The notes below the pieces were generated by a model that did not search any database, was not told where the DNA came from, and saw nothing but the letters and a program-made list of their open reading frames with translations. Source: an uncultured Bacillota bacterium (GTDB lineage: Bacteria; Sysuimicrobiota; Sysuimicrobiia; Sysuimicrobiales; Segetimicrobiaceae). Taken from it: a stretch of 64,000 bases of DNA. The stretch is taken from NCBI GenBank assembly GCA_963804645.1, contig CAWDRG010000002.1:158095-222094 (forward strand), in the 5' to 3' direction. The position numbers and the translations under genes are program-made. This document shows, one piece after another, positions 62,855 through 64,000 of this stretch; the first letter of the stretch is position 1, and every line of letters begins with the position of its first letter.

Positions 62855-63100
62855 ATGAAGCAGGTGCCGTTGAACGAAGTGAAAGATGCGCTATCCCGAT
62901 ACCTTCGCAAGGCGGAGAAGGAGGGAATTGTCATCACGCGCCACGGGAAACCCGCCGCGGTACTGATTGGTTTTGCCTCCGAAGACGACTGGCTCGAGTA
63001 TCGTCTGGAAAATGACCCTCGATTCCTACGGCGAGTGGCTCAGGCACGGCGGCATATCGCGGCCGGACAAGGAATCCCGTTGGACGAACTCCGGGAGTAA
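62855..63100 (+). CDS. Phd/YefM-family antitoxin
   Basis: EVKDALSRYL....IVITRHGKPAAVL; ATGA overlap with the toxin stop. Confidence 0.9.
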   Translation: MKQVPLNEVKDALSRYLRKAEKEGIVITRHGKPAAVLIGFASEDDWLEYRLENDPRFLRRVAQARRHIAAGQGIPLDELRE

Positions 63101-63103
63101 TCT

Positions 63104-63152
63104 TGGTAGGGCCGGCGAGATTTGAACTCGCGACCACCTGAACCCCATTCAG
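63104..63152 (-). repeat. tRNA-Pro(GGG) 3' fragment, att-like site 2
   Basis: Minus strand CTGAATGGGGTTCAGGTGGTCGCGAGTTCAAATCTCGCCGGCCCTACCA; near-identical direct repeat of site 1. Confidence 0.85.
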
Positions 63153-63226
63153 TTAAGACTATTAATACTCTAAATATAAATCCGATTCGGTGGACGGATG
63201 AGTTACGCTGCGTGAGTCGTATGTAC

Positions 63227-64000
63227 CTATCGACCATTGAGCGCATTCACGGCCGCGGTCCACGCCGGTTTCCGCTGGAGCTGATCGTCCAGCGGCAGGA
63301 CGCGCACCGGTAAGCCGTCCTTACGTGGCGCCACCTCCGACAGCCACGTCGCCCGATCACTCAGTCCCCAGATGATGACAGTATTCACCGCCGGATGCGC
63401 CAGCACCGTCGTCAGGAAGGCATGATACTGCGCCGCCACACCAGCGTCGCGAGTCGCAACGTCAGAGGGAAGCGCCTGGTCTTTCACGTCCAACTCGGTG
63501 ATGAAGATCTTGAGGCCGAGCGCCGCCACGGCGTTCATGAAGGCCGTCAGCTTGGTCGCGTTGATCACAGAGTTCGAGGCAATGTGCGACTGCATCCCGA
63601 GCGCATGGATCGGCACGCCCTGCTGCTTCAAACTCCGCAGCATCTGCAACGTGAACTGGCGCTTTCGGGCGGCGGCGGTGGAATCGTCCTCAATGCCAAA
63701 CTCGTTGTAGACAAGAGTCGCCGAGGGATCCGCCTGCGCCGCAAAGGTAAACGCGTGCGCGATATACTGCGGCCCCAGCAGCCGCATCCACGGCGTGTCG
63801 CGCAGGCCATCTGGGCGCCCATCCGCGGGAAGGACGGCTTCGTTCACCGCATTCCAAGAGTGGAACTGCCCTTTGTAGCGCCCCATAAACGCAACGATGT
63901 GGTCGCGCATGTACTGCGTGGCGTTCGCCGGAGTGACGTTCGAGGCGAACCATGACGGCATATTGGAATGCCAGACGAGGTGTGTGCCGCGCATCGGTAG
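63227..64000 (-). CDS. GH10 endo-1,4-beta-xylanase, 5' end outside the window
   Basis: RGTHLVWH, WNAVNE (acid/base), YNE, GMQSH, ITELDV (nucleophile), WGLSD. Confidence 0.9.
   Translation of the reverse strand, partial: LPMRGTHLVWHSNMPSWFASNVTPANATQYMRDHIVAFMGRYKGQFHSWNAVNEAVLPADGRPDGLRDTPWMRLLGPQYIAHAFTFAAQADPSATLVYNEFGIEDDSTAAARKRQFTLQMLRSLKQQGVPIHALGMQSHIASNSVINATKLTAFMNAVAALGLKIFITELDVKDQALPSDVATRDAGVAAQYHAFLTTVLAHPAVNTVIIWGLSDRATWLSEVAPRKDGLPVRVLPLDDQLQRKPAWTAAVNALNGR

Larger units (their letters stand above)
61274..62858 (+). pseudogene. relE: RelE/ParE-family toxin interrupted by ISAzo13
   Basis: Removing the IS and one TTA restores MLYRILLAPEAVEDLPHFNSKERAEIK...FRLRIGDVRIFYDI... Confidence 0.88.

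Overview
High-GC bacterial chromosomal window with an intact metabolic core (about 9-50 kb) between two mobile-element-rich ends. Left end: a TPP riboswitch-led ABC importer, then a 7.3 kb stack of insertion sequences sitting between the two arms of a 12-bp inverted repeat. The stack holds two related two-gene DUF6788-like + DDE elements and an IS256 split by a 5'-truncated IS1380 plus extra DNA. Core: a cNMP-binding / class III cyclase-NTPase-TPR / cNMP-binding trio, an ABC-2 exporter, sugar-nucleotide enzymes, a DRG-like GTPase, a Liv-type transporter, a molybdate/tungstate operon, a PLP decarboxylase, leucine catabolism (MCC, HMG-CoA lyase), peptidases and a beta-carbonic anhydrase. Right end (from about 51 kb): a carbamoyltransferase/SxtJ-like/SGNH cluster; a CTAG hotspot holding MITE + IS701 + MITE; two tRNA-Pro(GGG) 3' fragments bracketing an IS256 and a RelE-Phd module split by ISAzo13; and a partial GH10 gene. 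The most striking signal is a group II intron inserted exactly inside the IS701 terminal inverted repeat, with a candidate EBS1 complementary to the CTAG+TIR junction present at both IS ends. Family calls come from motif recognition by eye, not from database searches. Many transposase frameshifts may be long-read consensus errors.
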